Assembly (NCBI GenBank): GCA_003251775.1
Contig: QKEK01000156.1
Location: forward strand, 24,855 to 88,854
From: Clostridia bacterium
GTDB lineage: Bacteria > Bacillota > Clostridia > DSM-8532 > SZUA-474
Direction of reading: 5' to 3'
Length of the DNA stretch: 64,000 bases
Below the pieces are notes generated by a model. That model did no database searches, was not told the DNA's origin, and worked only from the letters and a program-made list of their open reading frames with translations. This document shows positions 17,198-27,236 of this stretch, piece after piece. Both the position numbers and the translations under genes were made by a program. The number at the start of each line of letters is the position of its first letter. The first letter of the stretch is position 1.

Positions 17198-18349
17198 TTA
17201 GTTAAGAATATTGCTAAATATCTTATCAAAAAGTTCAATACCCTTTAATAACTCATCATTCCCAGTATCAAGATCCGGAAGACTAAAGAGTTTATCTATA
17301 AACATCCCGGCGCTACCGTAGGCTATAGCCTTGTCTTTGAGTGGACTTAAACAGACTTCGCAGTTAGCAGCAGTAGGGTAAGACCAGTTTTTTTGAATAT
17401 TATTTTTAAAACTTTTAATAACATACTCCTGGTATTTCTGAAGTTCCCCTGAGATAATCACCCTTGTAAGGTTTAAACTGTTAACAAGAAGTGCAATATT
17501 TCTGCCTAATTCATCAATTAAAAGAGGCATAACTTCATTGTTTAAATAACTGGTTTTAAACTGACTCTCAGAACCATTTTCCCAATCGATACTTCTAAAC
17601 TCACCGGCAGAATAATCTGCTCCATGGTGAACCTGCTCTCTAATAACTATACCTGTACCTATTGCAAGGCTTAAATTGTCATTTTTTTTAGCCTGTACAT
17701 TTCTTAACTCACTCTGGATAAATATAAAATCGCTGGCTCTATCCAGGTTCTGAATTAACTCAGAATAGCAGCCGCAGTTTGCGTCGTTTTCAATTAAAAT
17801 AGGAATATTTGTTTTATCTTTTACAACATCGTAAAAATTAAAAGGTTCAAAAATTTCCAGAGGATAGGATTGATTTATTATACCATCTTTTGGATTAATA
17901 ATTCCTGATAAAGCCACACCAATACCTATTAAAGGTAAGTTTGTAGAGTTTATCTTACCCTGAAGTGCCCCTAATATGTAGAAAAATGCTTCATCTATGT
18001 TCATATTTTGGAAATTAAGGTTATCCTGATACTCAAAGACAATATCACCATGGAGGTTTAAACCAACAGCTTGATAAGTTCTTGTCTGAATTTCTATACC
18101 TAATACCAGGCCATAGTTTTTATTGATTTCCAAAAATATCGGCTTCCTACCACCCTGAGGGCTTGCATCCCCTTCATTTAAAATTTCAATTATATTTTTT
18201 TCCTGAAGTGTTGAAACTATTTTAGTAACAGTAGATTTGTCTAAATTTAAAATTCTTGAAATATCTATACGGGACAACTTTCTGTTTTGCCACAATATTT
18301 TTAAAACTCTGGAGGCATTTATTGTATTAACTTTATTTAACTTTGCCAT
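17198..18349 (-). CDS. ROK-family transcriptional regulator (N-terminal wHTH plus ROK sugar-kinase fold)
   Basis: The wHTH segment reads ISRILNLDKSTVTKIVSTL. The ROK-type glycine motifs are GIEI...GVALSGII and ENDANCG. Confidence 0.85.
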   Translation of the reverse strand: MAKLNKVNTINASRVLKILWQNRKLSRIDISRILNLDKSTVTKIVSTLQEKNIIEILNEGDASPQGGRKPIFLEINKNYGLVLGIEIQTRTYQAVGLNLHGDIVFEYQDNLNFQNMNIDEAFFYILGALQGKINSTNLPLIGIGVALSGIINPKDGIINQSYPLEIFEPFNFYDVVKDKTNIPILIENDANCGCYSELIQNLDRASDFIFIQSELRNVQAKKNDNLSLAIGTGIVIREQVHHGADYSAGEFRSIDWENGSESQFKTSYLNNEVMPLLIDELGRNIALLVNSLNLTRVIISGELQKYQEYVIKSFKNNIQKNWSYPTAANCEVCLSPLKDKAIAYGSAGMFIDKLFSLPDLDTGNDELLKGIELFDKIFSNILN

Positions 18350-18356
18350 AATTCTC

Positions 18357-19514
18357 CTATCTTTTAGCCGGTATTAAAATATCAACACAGTATGCCGGTG
18401 TGCTAATGTAGTCTGAAGCAGGAAATTCTTCGAATGAATAATCACTATACCTGTGAACAGTATACTCTTTATTAAAAATTAATTCTTTAATAACATTTAT
18501 TACTTTTTCGGAATTTTTATTAATAATTAGTAAACCACCACTTTTACCCCCAATGCGAAAAACAGATTTATCGCTATCCTGTTCCAGTATCTCTATGTCC
18601 TGATTTTTATCTTGCAAACTAGCGAAGTCCTGAATACTTTTATATAATGTAGTCGGTTTGTTTGTTGGACCAAAGAGGGCATGGGCACCATAGGTTTGCA
18701 GGCAGAAGTAGTTTGCATAATCCAGTTTAGCGATGAGAAAATTTGCTAAAGTTTCTACTGTCCATATTAAGGCTGTCTGATCCTGGAGATGGTGATAATT
18801 ATTTGTATCCCAATGGAGAGCATACTCTGTTATTCCAAATTTAATATTTTTATTAGTAACCCAGGACCTGTATTTATTAATCATGGGAACTGCTAAATCT
18901 GCGGTTTTTAATGCATTTGAGTCAGAACTTTTACCGCTTGTCGGATACCAGTGCCAGATTAGATAGTCAGTAATATCTTCATTCATTTCGATAAATGTTT
19001 TCATCCAGTCATCTTTGGGCTGGCTTAATGCTGGACCTGCAATTTTTATATTTGGAAATTCCTTTTTTAATGCCAGAGCAAATTCTCTGAATCTTTTAGC
19101 CGAATACTCTTTAGTATACTCTGTACTTCTTCTATGACTCGAGTAGAGATCAGGCTCATTTCCAATAATCCATGCCAGTGGTTTAAGGTCTACTTTTTCG
19201 GCAAGACGTACATATTCTACAGCTTCCTGAGGGGTGCTTTTCCAGAATGGAAGTTGCATAAAAAACGGAGGATCATTTAAAATTGAGGCCTGTAATTTAA
19301 ACATTTTTAGTCTTGGCTCTGTTAATGGTTGTTCGTCTCCAATATTTCCGGCAGGAAAAGTTAGAATTTGCCAATCTATATTGTCAGTATATTTTTTAAT
19401 TAAAGGGACCGGCATACTGTCGCTGACATTAGTACCTATAATATTGTAGTTTTCAGTGGTACTGCATGAGAATATAAATAATATAAGGGTAAAACAGGTT
19501 AATTTAATTTTCAT
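18357..19514 (-). CDS. Clan GH-A-like glycoside hydrolase lipoprotein (family not assigned)
   Basis: The lipobox is LILFIFSC. IIGNEPDLY is an NEP acid/base-type motif, and a later GITEYALHW is a candidate nucleophile. The gene sits in a beta-glucoside locus. Confidence 0.55.
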   Translation of the reverse strand: MKIKLTCFTLILFIFSCSTTENYNIIGTNVSDSMPVPLIKKYTDNIDWQILTFPAGNIGDEQPLTEPRLKMFKLQASILNDPPFFMQLPFWKSTPQEAVEYVRLAEKVDLKPLAWIIGNEPDLYSSHRRSTEYTKEYSAKRFREFALALKKEFPNIKIAGPALSQPKDDWMKTFIEMNEDITDYLIWHWYPTSGKSSDSNALKTADLAVPMINKYRSWVTNKNIKFGITEYALHWDTNNYHHLQDQTALIWTVETLANFLIAKLDYANYFCLQTYGAHALFGPTNKPTTLYKSIQDFASLQDKNQDIEILEQDSDKSVFRIGGKSGGLLIINKNSEKVINVIKELIFNKEYTVHRYSDYSFEEFPASDYISTPAYCVDILIPAKR

Positions 19515-19550
19515 GTGTCAAGTATAAGTACCATTTTTACTATTTGTCAA

Positions 19551-19569
19551 GTTAGTGTTATCTTTCAAC
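19551..19569 (-). promoter_or_regulatory. Candidate operator copy A (GTTGAAAgataacACTAAC on the minus strand) upstream of the GH/ROK operon
   Basis: It shares GTTGAAA-N6-ACTAAC with copy B, in the same orientation and at a similar distance relative to its downstream gene. Confidence 0.4.
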
Positions 19570-19649
19570 CAATTAAACTTTAAATTGTATAAAATTTCAT
19601 TTTTTTTAAGTTTATACTCAATTTTGCTTAAAAATTTGAAAAAAAATAT

Positions 19650-19679
19650 TTGACAGCAATGTGTAACTGGGTGTATGGT
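19650..19679 (+). promoter_or_regulatory. Sigma70-type promoter of the CUT1 ABC operon
   Basis: TTGACA (19650-19655), an 18-nt spacer, then TATGGT (19674-19679). The RBS AAGGAGG lies upstream of the ATG at 19747. Confidence 0.4.
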
Positions 19680-19681
19680 TA

Positions 19682-19700
19682 GTTGAAAGCGTCAACTAAC
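19682..19700 (+). promoter_or_regulatory. Candidate operator copy B (GTTGAAAgcgtcaACTAAC), immediately downstream of the -10
   Basis: It contains the inverted repeat AGTTGA-N5-TCAACT (19681-19697) and shares 14/19 positions with copy A. Confidence 0.4.
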
Positions 19701-19746
19701 ATAAAGTCGTCATCGCAAAAAGCGAATAAAAAAAGGAGGCAGACTT

Positions 19747-21051
19747 ATGAAAAAAGCATTATTGGTGTTATTAGCTTTAATTACAGCTACAACAGTATTT
19801 GCTAATGGTCAAAAAGAAGAAAAAGGAAAAAGTGTTCCTGCTATGGATCCTAACAAGATGTACGAATTAAACATCGGTTGTTTTGGAGATTTTGAAAGTA
19901 TCGTAAATGCTATTCAGGCTACAGATGATTGGAAAAAAACATTTCCTAATGTTAAATTAGTTCCACAGCCGGCAGATTACGGTGGTCATCATAATAGACT
20001 TGTAACAGTATTTGCAGCTGGAGATGGTGCAAACACTTTAGAATATGTTGACTTTGGTTATATTGGTCAGTTTGTAAGCATGGGTTATTTAACAAACTTA
20101 AGCGATAAATACAATGCTGAAGAAGTTGTTAAAAACTCAGCTAAATTTGCAGTAGACAACGCAAGAAACTTTGAAGGTAAACTTGAAGCTATGCCTGTTG
20201 ACCTTGCACCAAGTGTAATTTACTACAATGTAGAACTTGCAGAAGCTTCCGGAGTTTCTCAGGCTCAAATGGAAAGTATGCAAACTTGGGATGATTTCTA
20301 TGCAATTGCTGCTAAATTAACAAGAGATACAGATGGTGACGGTGCTATTGATCAATGGGCAATACCACACCCAACAGATATATCTGATGTTCCTTTAAAT
20401 GGTGGTAAAGGTAACTGGTTTAAAAATGGAAAACCTTTTGAACCTAAAGCTAAATTTATGGGTGCATTAAATATGGTTGATAAAGTTAGATCAAATGGTT
20501 GGGATGCAAACTTTGGTCAATGGTCAGGTGAGTGGACTTCTGGTATCTATAAATCATTTGTTATTTTCCCTACAGGTGCATGGATGTTAGGTCACTTACA
20601 AAACTGGATGGCTCCGGATTTAGCTGGAAAAATCAGAGTTGCTAAATTACCTGCAAAAGAGCCAGTTGCATCAAATGGTGGTTCATATATTACAGTTCCA
20701 ACTTCTACACCGGATGATTTAAAAGATGTTGCATTTAAAGTAGCTGCTTACCTTGCATCTAACGATAATGCTCAAAAAACAGCTTTAAAAGCTTCAGGTG
20801 CATTCCCTGTAAAAACTACATTATATAAAGATTCAATTATGAGTGAGCCGGTAGAATATCTTGGTGGTCAAAAAGCTAGAGAGATTTTTGCTGAACTTGT
20901 ACTAAAAATTCCTGCAAACGAAGTAACACAATTTGATGCTGCTCTATTAAGTGTTTGGAGAACAGCTGTAAGTAACATTATTAATGGTGAAGCTACTGTA
21001 GATGAAGCTTATAACGCTGCAGTAAAAGAAGCATTGGTATTAATCCAATAG
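19747..21051 (+). CDS. CUT1-family ABC transporter extracellular sugar-binding protein
   Basis: It has a signal peptide and is about 430 aa. Two MalFG-type permease genes follow. The composition is typical of family 1 solute-binding proteins. Confidence 0.85.
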   Translation: MKKALLVLLALITATTVFANGQKEEKGKSVPAMDPNKMYELNIGCFGDFESIVNAIQATDDWKKTFPNVKLVPQPADYGGHHNRLVTVFAAGDGANTLEYVDFGYIGQFVSMGYLTNLSDKYNAEEVVKNSAKFAVDNARNFEGKLEAMPVDLAPSVIYYNVELAEASGVSQAQMESMQTWDDFYAIAAKLTRDTDGDGAIDQWAIPHPTDISDVPLNGGKGNWFKNGKPFEPKAKFMGALNMVDKVRSNGWDANFGQWSGEWTSGIYKSFVIFPTGAWMLGHLQNWMAPDLAGKIRVAKLPAKEPVASNGGSYITVPTSTPDDLKDVAFKVAAYLASNDNAQKTALKASGAFPVKTTLYKDSIMSEPVEYLGGQKAREIFAELVLKIPANEVTQFDAALLSVWRTAVSNIINGEATVDEAYNAAVKEALVLIQ

Positions 21052-21074
21052 TTATCTTAAAATATTATTAAGAG

Positions 21075-21101
21075 GAGCCAACAATCTGTTGGCTCTGTTT
21101 T
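21075..21101 (+). terminator. Intra-operon hairpin/attenuator after the binding-protein gene
   Basis: A 9-bp perfect stem GAGCCAACA/TGTTGGCTC with loop ATC is followed by TGTTTT. The position is typical for elevating binding-protein mRNA over permease mRNA. Confidence 0.45.
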
Positions 21102-21116
21102 AAAGGAGTAAGGTGC

Positions 21117-21953
21117 ATGACCAAAAAAACTAATTGGCGGTTACTTGTGGGAAAAATATTTTTGTATCTGCTAATGTTTTTGGCAGCTATAGCATTTGCG
21201 TTCCCTTTCTATTACATGTTTGTTCTATCTTCATGGCAGAATATATTTTCAAATCCTCCACGGTTTTGGTTCGGAACAGATGTTGCTCACAATTTTAAAG
21301 CTCTAACTACCCAAATACCATTTTTAGTTAACTTTTTTAACAGTTTTGGTATTGCAACTCTTGGAACAATTGGAACAGTTATTGTTGCAACTGTATGTGG
21401 TTATGGATTTTCAAAGTTTGATTTTAAAGGTAAAAATATTTTAATGACCTTTGTATTATCAACAATGATGATTCCGCCATTTTTAAATATTATACCTTTC
21501 TTCCAGATGATGAAAACCTTTAAATGGTTAAATACATGGTTACCTTTAGTAATACCTGCAATGGGTAGTGCTTACGGTGTATTTTTAATGACACAATTTT
21601 TGAAAAACAGTGTTCCTGAAAGTTTAATCGATGCTGCAAGAATAGATGGATTAAATGAGATAGGAATTTTAGCTAATATAGTATTTCCTTTGGGTAAAAA
21701 CGGAATTGCGGTTTTAGGTACAATAACATTTGTAAATTCCTGGAATAACTTTATGGGTGCCCTTGTAATGCTTCCAAACTATAAAAAAAGTACTCTACCT
21801 GTAGCTCTCTCGACAATGATGCAGAGATCAGACACAAGTTGGGGTGGTTTAATGTTAGGAACACTACTATCGGTAATGCCACTTTTAATAGTTATAATAT
21901 TCTTTTCAAAGCAGATTATTGGTAATTTAACTGCTGGTAGTGTTAAAGGTTAG
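21117..21953 (+). CDS. Carbohydrate ABC transporter permease (MalG-like)
   Basis: 6 TM segments and the EAA loop IDAARIDGLNEIGILANIVFPL. Confidence 0.9.
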   Translation: MTKKTNWRLLVGKIFLYLLMFLAAIAFAFPFYYMFVLSSWQNIFSNPPRFWFGTDVAHNFKALTTQIPFLVNFFNSFGIATLGTIGTVIVATVCGYGFSKFDFKGKNILMTFVLSTMMIPPFLNIIPFFQMMKTFKWLNTWLPLVIPAMGSAYGVFLMTQFLKNSVPESLIDAARIDGLNEIGILANIVFPLGKNGIAVLGTITFVNSWNNFMGALVMLPNYKKSTLPVALSTMMQRSDTSWGGLMLGTLLSVMPLLIVIIFFSKQIIGNLTAGSVKG

Positions 21954-21962
21954 GGGGATAAA

Positions 21963-22847
21963 ATGAATAAAAAATGGACACCATACTTACTTATTAGCCC
22001 TTTCTTTGTATTCTTTCTTATATTTGGACTATATCCTATTGGCTATTCTCTGGTTATGAGTTTTCAAAAATATGGTCTGGGTGGTAAAGTGCAGTTTGTT
22101 GGTTTATTTAACTATAAACTAATGCTTACAGAGGATCCCTATTTCTGGAAATCACTAATAAATACATCAATTTTACTGGTTTTCGGTTCTCTACTACAGC
22201 ATGTTTTTGCCATTCCATTAGCAATTATGCTAAATACAAAGTTTTTAAAAGGAAGAGATATTTTTAAAACAACATTCTTTTTGCCTTTTATTACTAGTAC
22301 TGTTTCTGTTGTTATTATATTTACAAGAATTTTTAGTGAAAACTACGGTTTTGTAAACTTTGTATTAAAAGCTATAGGGCTTGATCCTGTAAGGTGGATG
22401 AGTGACCCGACAGCAATTAAAGTTCTACTAAGTATAATTATTAACTGGAAATGGATAGGCTGGAATACCATTATCTATTTAGCTGGATTACAGGCAATAC
22501 CTGATGATCTTTATGAAGCTGCAAGAATAGATGGGGCATCTGAAATTGCTCAGGGTCTTAAAATAACTATTCCTCTTCTTGTACCAATTATATTCTTTAG
22601 TACTACAATGAGTGTTATTGGTGGAATGCAGATGTTCGATGAACCCTATGTTCTTTTAGGTGGATATGAACTTATGGGTGGAACCGCAAATTCAGGTTTA
22701 ACAACAGCATTTTATATTCTTACTCAGGGTATGAGGTGGTTAAGGTTTGGTAAGGCCTCAGCAATAAGCTGGCTGCTATTTGCTGTTATACTTATTCTAA
22801 CAACAATTAACAGGTTTGTTACTAAAAAGATAAATAGTGATAATTAA
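21963..22847 (+). CDS. Carbohydrate ABC transporter permease (MalF-like)
   Basis: 6 TM segments and the EAA loop YEAARIDGASEIAQGLKITIPLL. Confidence 0.9.
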   Translation: MNKKWTPYLLISPFFVFFLIFGLYPIGYSLVMSFQKYGLGGKVQFVGLFNYKLMLTEDPYFWKSLINTSILLVFGSLLQHVFAIPLAIMLNTKFLKGRDIFKTTFFLPFITSTVSVVIIFTRIFSENYGFVNFVLKAIGLDPVRWMSDPTAIKVLLSIIINWKWIGWNTIIYLAGLQAIPDDLYEAARIDGASEIAQGLKITIPLLVPIIFFSTTMSVIGGMQMFDEPYVLLGGYELMGGTANSGLTTAFYILTQGMRWLRFGKASAISWLLFAVILILTTINRFVTKKINSDN

Positions 22848-22878
22848 AAAAAAGGACTCAATTTGAGTCCTTTTTTTT
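22846..22878. terminator. Bidirectional rho-independent terminator between convergent permease and GH1 genes
   Basis: The sequence reads A8, then GGACTCA-att-TGAGTCC, then T8. The hairpin is flanked by U-tracts on both strands. Confidence 0.75.
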
Positions 22879-22885
22879 ATGAGAA

Positions 22886-24247
22886 TTATAAGTTCTCTCC
22901 ATTGGATTGGATAACTGTTTTATACCAGTAGCCTGAGTCTTTAATAGTTCTTTTCTGTGTTGAAAAATCTACGTGAATAAGACCAAATCTTTCCCTGTAT
23001 CCTAATGCCCATTCAAAATTATCCATAATTGACCAGTGAAAGTAACCTTCAATATCAATTCCCTCTTCTGCGGCTCTCCTATACTCTTTTAAGTATCTGT
23101 GGGTAAAATCGATACGTTGGGGATCATGAACTTTTCCATCCAGACTTACCCAATCCTTGTTGGAAAGTCCATTTTCAGTAATTATTATTGGAAGTTTATA
23201 TCTTTCATAAAGAAACTTTGGCCCCCAATAGAGGCTTCCCGGAGTTACTCTCCAGTTAAAACCTGTCAATGGCTCTCCCTCTTCAGGTTTTGTAAGTTCA
23301 GGTTCTCCATCTCTACCCATTTGTACAAAATTTCCGTGGTAATTGTTATTTCCAATAAAATCCACTGGTTGGCTAATTATTTTCAGGTCCTCTTTGTAGG
23401 ATTCAGGAAGGTACTGCTCCGCCTCTAATAAGCCATCTTCAGGGTACTTTCCAAGACAGACCGGGTCCATAAACCAGGAGGTTGTCCAGGCAGTGAAATT
23501 TTCACCATTTTTGTTACTGAACATTGCATCCCGGGCTGCTTTTATATTTTTAGGTTCATCATTAATTGGTATAAAAACAGGACAAACTGGAGCCATTCCA
23601 ACCCTTGGTGTGAGTTTGGAATTTTCCCTTATTGTTTTTACAGATTTTCCATGACTTAATAGCACATTGTGTATTATTGTTGTCATATCCCTTTTTTGAA
23701 GTTTTAACCCCGGGGCGTGTTCTCCATTCCCATGGCCCAAGCCGACAAAACATTGGGGTTCATTTAGTGTAAACCATCTATCAACCCTATCAGAGAGGGC
23801 ATCTACCATCACCTGAGTATATTCTGCAAACCAATCAGAGGAATCTCTGTTTAACCACCCACCCTTTGTATATAGCTCATAGGGATAGTCCCAGTGAAAC
23901 AGTGTCGGAAATGGAATTATATCATTTTTTAAAAGCTCATCTGTAAAATTATTGTAAAAATCCAGTCCTTTCTGGTTTACATTCCCAATGCCATTGGGTA
24001 GAACCCTTGGCCATGAAATAGAAAATCTGTAGGATTGTAATCCCATCTCCTTCATAAGTTTTATATCTTCTTTATAATTAAAATAGTGGTTGCACGCCGT
24101 ATTTCCTGTATGATTCTGGTAAACTGCCCCGGGTTTTTGAACAAAATGGTCCCAGACAGACATACCTTTTCCATCCTGATTCCAGGCCCCTTCAATCTGA
24201 TATGAAGCAGCAGCAGCACCCCATAAAAACTCTTTTTTAAAACTCAT
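22886..24247 (-). CDS. bglA: GH1 beta-glucosidase
   Basis: GH1 signatures are present: FLWGAAAASYQIEGA, TLNEP (acid/base) and ITENG (nucleophile). Confidence 0.95.
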   Translation of the reverse strand: MSFKKEFLWGAAAASYQIEGAWNQDGKGMSVWDHFVQKPGAVYQNHTGNTACNHYFNYKEDIKLMKEMGLQSYRFSISWPRVLPNGIGNVNQKGLDFYNNFTDELLKNDIIPFPTLFHWDYPYELYTKGGWLNRDSSDWFAEYTQVMVDALSDRVDRWFTLNEPQCFVGLGHGNGEHAPGLKLQKRDMTTIIHNVLLSHGKSVKTIRENSKLTPRVGMAPVCPVFIPINDEPKNIKAARDAMFSNKNGENFTAWTTSWFMDPVCLGKYPEDGLLEAEQYLPESYKEDLKIISQPVDFIGNNNYHGNFVQMGRDGEPELTKPEEGEPLTGFNWRVTPGSLYWGPKFLYERYKLPIIITENGLSNKDWVSLDGKVHDPQRIDFTHRYLKEYRRAAEEGIDIEGYFHWSIMDNFEWALGYRERFGLIHVDFSTQKRTIKDSGYWYKTVIQSNGENL

Positions 24248-24332
24248 AATAGGCTCCTATTAGTATTATATGAATATAATAATTCCCTTAGTAAAGCTAT
24301 ACAATAGAAACATTTTCACATATTATAAATAT

Positions 24333-25157
24333 ATGAAGAATATATTCTTTTTTAATGTTACAGCCCACGAAAAAAACCTTCCATATTTTTGTTATGGTGC
24401 AGCAGCAGATTATGAACAGGAAGATGTAATAAAACCAAACGGGTTTCAGTGGTTTCAGATTAATATCTGCCTATCGGGAAGCGGAACCCTGTTTTTAAAT
24501 AATTTGGAAATTCAGGTTAAAAAAGGGGAGTGTTTAATTATTTACCCAAATATTCCCTATAAGTATATACCCGGGAAGGATGGATTAATTGTTTCATGGG
24601 TCTCCTTTGATGGATTTCATGTATCAAGTATGTTAAATTTTATAGGAATCAAGATGTCCGGAGTGTATAAATTTCTGGAACCGGAATTTGTTTCTGCTTC
24701 AATTAAGGAGATGGTAAATTTCGGTAAACTCTCAATTTCCGATCAGGGATATGCCGGTTCGAGGGTTTTATACAACTTGCTTCTCTCATTTAAAGAGACA
24801 TTAATTAGCAGTAGTATGGGGCAGAATGAATCCCAGTATAAAAAAATAAAACCAGCTATAGATTTTATGAATGTAAACCTTAAAAAACAGATTGGAATAG
24901 AGGATATTGCAGACTCAATAAATGTAACACCTCAGCACTTTTGTCTGCTGTTTAAATCTGTTATGAATCAGCGTCCATTTGAGTATTTAAACTCTTTAAG
25001 GATAAATAACGCAAAGAATTTGTTAATTCACAGGAAAGATTTAACTATTAACCAGATAGCAATGATGTCGGGTTATATAAACCATAGCTACTTTTGCCAT
25101 CTCTTTAAAATGCAGGAGCGGGTAACACCAAATCAGTTTAGACTTTTGTACTTATAA
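24333..25157 (+). CDS. AraC-family transcriptional regulator (cupin plus HTH_AraC)
   Basis: The C-terminal double HTH reads IEDIADSINVTPQHFCLLFK...INQIAMMSGYINHSYFCHLFK. The preferred start is the ATG at 24333; the track starts at 24270. Confidence 0.85.
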   Translation: MKNIFFFNVTAHEKNLPYFCYGAAADYEQEDVIKPNGFQWFQINICLSGSGTLFLNNLEIQVKKGECLIIYPNIPYKYIPGKDGLIVSWVSFDGFHVSSMLNFIGIKMSGVYKFLEPEFVSASIKEMVNFGKLSISDQGYAGSRVLYNLLLSFKETLISSSMGQNESQYKKIKPAIDFMNVNLKKQIGIEDIADSINVTPQHFCLLFKSVMNQRPFEYLNSLRINNAKNLLIHRKDLTINQIAMMSGYINHSYFCHLFKMQERVTPNQFRLLYL

Positions 25158-25214
25158 TTGAACATTTTTTAATAATTTCTGGTAATATGGTAAATGTTGA
25201 TTTATTATTAAATT

Positions 25215-26219
25215 ATGGTTAGTAAGACTAAGGTTTCTCTCCATTATAGAGATATTAATAAAGTTTTTAAGCATAATTTTAAAAATGAGAATATTCTGGA
25301 TTTAAAAGAGTTAAAAGACGGCTGTTTTAATGTTTCATATTTAGTAAAAATGGATAATTTAAAAGAGTATGTGCTAAAAGTTTCACCTCCCGAGGATTTA
25401 AAGGTTTTAACCTATGAAAGAGATATGATGCTTACAGAGGTAAATTTTCATCTAATGGTTCAAAATCACTTAAGAATACCGGTACCGGATATTTTGCGTT
25501 ATGATTTCAGTAAAGAGATAATTCCTTATAATTATTACATAATGAATAAACTGGAAGGTATGCCTTTAAGTTTGTATAAAGATGTCTGTGATAGTAAGAG
25601 ACGGATAATTTATACAAAGTTGGCACAATATCTTGCATATTTGCATAATATTAAGGGCGATCATTATGGCTATGTAGCTATGAAGGAAGATTTTAAAAAT
25701 ATGAGTTACTTTAATTCTTTTATAATTATGTTTAAAAACATAATTAAAGATGCAGAGAGTGTTCATGTCTTTCTTCCAATTTCCCACGATAAAATAATAA
25801 ATACATTAAATGAGTATGAATGGGCGTTTGAAAATGTTCAGGAACCTGTTCTTGTTCATTACGATTTATGGGATGGAAATATTTTTGTTAGTCAAATGGA
25901 TAAAGAACCGGTAATAGAGGGTATTATCGATTTTGAAAGAGGTTTTTATGCTGACCCAGCTGCTGATATGTCTCAAATAGCTGGTTATATAGACATTGAA
26001 GAGAATGATTTTTTTCTCAATGTTTATAACTCCTATGCTAATTCACCCTTTATTTTAGGCCCCAGTGAAAAAGCCCGAATTAAATTATTCAGGCTCTATG
26101 TATTTGGAATAATGATTGTTGAGTCATACCTTAGGGATGTTGAAGGAAGTTACAATAACCAGTTAAGTTATGCTATAAGCAGATTTATACACTTATATAA
26201 CTCAATGGCCGTTGTATAG
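25215..26219 (+). CDS. Phosphotransferase-family kinase (APH/ChoK-like fold)
   Basis: The Brenner-type catalytic motif is VHYDLWDGNIFV and the metal-binding block is IDFERG. Substrate unknown. Confidence 0.7.
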   Translation: MVSKTKVSLHYRDINKVFKHNFKNENILDLKELKDGCFNVSYLVKMDNLKEYVLKVSPPEDLKVLTYERDMMLTEVNFHLMVQNHLRIPVPDILRYDFSKEIIPYNYYIMNKLEGMPLSLYKDVCDSKRRIIYTKLAQYLAYLHNIKGDHYGYVAMKEDFKNMSYFNSFIIMFKNIIKDAESVHVFLPISHDKIINTLNEYEWAFENVQEPVLVHYDLWDGNIFVSQMDKEPVIEGIIDFERGFYADPAADMSQIAGYIDIEENDFFLNVYNSYANSPFILGPSEKARIKLFRLYVFGIMIVESYLRDVEGSYNNQLSYAISRFIHLYNSMAVV

Positions 26220-27149
26220 GTTACTGATAGGGATACCCTGATTAGTAAAGGTAATAACCTCTGAGAACAGTTCAGCAACTGAGACTATTATAAGTTTCTC
26301 CGATTTTTTATGTTCCGGAACAAAGACGGTATCAGTAACTACCAATTTTTTAATATTTGATTTTTCAAGTCTCTCTATAGCATGACCGGAGAGAACACCA
26401 TGTACACAGTATGCAACAATCTCACTTGCACCATTTTTTTCAAGTAATTCTGCAGCCTCTATTAGTGAGCCGGCAGATGCTACTTCATCATCAAATATTA
26501 TTGCCTTTTTACCCTTTACGTCACCTATAATATTTTCCATAAGTGGGGTTTCAGAGTCATCAGCTCTTCTTTTATCCAGTATAGCAAGGGGAAGTCCAAG
26601 GTTTCTAGCATGTTTCCCTGCATGTTTTGCACTTCCTGCATCTGGAGCCACAACAACAGAATTTTCTATGCCATCATTTTTACAGTAGCTATTTAGAATT
26701 TTTCCGGCCATTAGGTGATCGCAGGGAATATTAAAAAAGCCCTGAATTTGTGGGGAGTGTAGATTCATTGTCATTACTCTGTCTGCACCGGAAGCTTTTA
26801 TAAGATTAGCTACTAATTTTGCTGTTATTGAAATTCTTGGTTGGTCTTTTTTATCGGATCTAACATAGGGAAAGTAGGGGACAACTGCTGTTACTCTGTT
26901 TGCACTGGCATTTTTAGCAGCATCTATCATAATTAATAATTCCATTAATCCTTCATTAACCGGTGCGCATGATGGTTGTATAATATATACATCCTTTCCT
27001 CTAAGACTCTCTTTGTATGCAACTTTTATATTGTCGTTACTAAACTTAATAATTTCACAATTTCCAAGTTCCACTCCTGCAAATTTACAAATTGACTCAG
27101 CAAGAGGTCTATTTGCATTACCTGAGAAGATCTTTAGCTCTCCAAACAT
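26202..27149 (-). CDS. prs: Ribose-phosphate pyrophosphokinase
   Basis: MFGELKIFSGNANRPLAE..., the NLHSPQIQGFF block and the PRPP-binding loop are present. The ATG at 27149 has a GGAG RBS. The longer track ORF (to 27245) adds a non-homologous extension. Confidence 0.95.
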   Translation of the reverse strand: MFGELKIFSGNANRPLAESICKFAGVELGNCEIIKFSNDNIKVAYKESLRGKDVYIIQPSCAPVNEGLMELLIMIDAAKNASANRVTAVVPYFPYVRSDKKDQPRISITAKLVANLIKASGADRVMTMNLHSPQIQGFFNIPCDHLMAGKILNSYCKNDGIENSVVVAPDAGSAKHAGKHARNLGLPLAILDKRRADDSETPLMENIIGDVKGKKAIIFDDEVASAGSLIEAAELLEKNGASEIVAYCVHGVLSGHAIERLEKSNIKKLVVTDTVFVPEHKKSEKLIIVSVAELFSEVITFTNQGIPISNLYNGH

Positions 27150-27236
27150 ATACGCTCCTTTTTTATAGATATAAATATCTATGACTTCGAAAAAATATTC
27201 AAGATAATATGGCAATTTTGGTATATAATAAGATAT

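Noticed and set aside
25621-25637. Second sigma54-like sequence TGGCACAATATCTTGCA
   Set aside because: The GG-to-GC spacing is 13 nt, one too many. It also lies in the middle of the kinase-like CDS with no downstream start.
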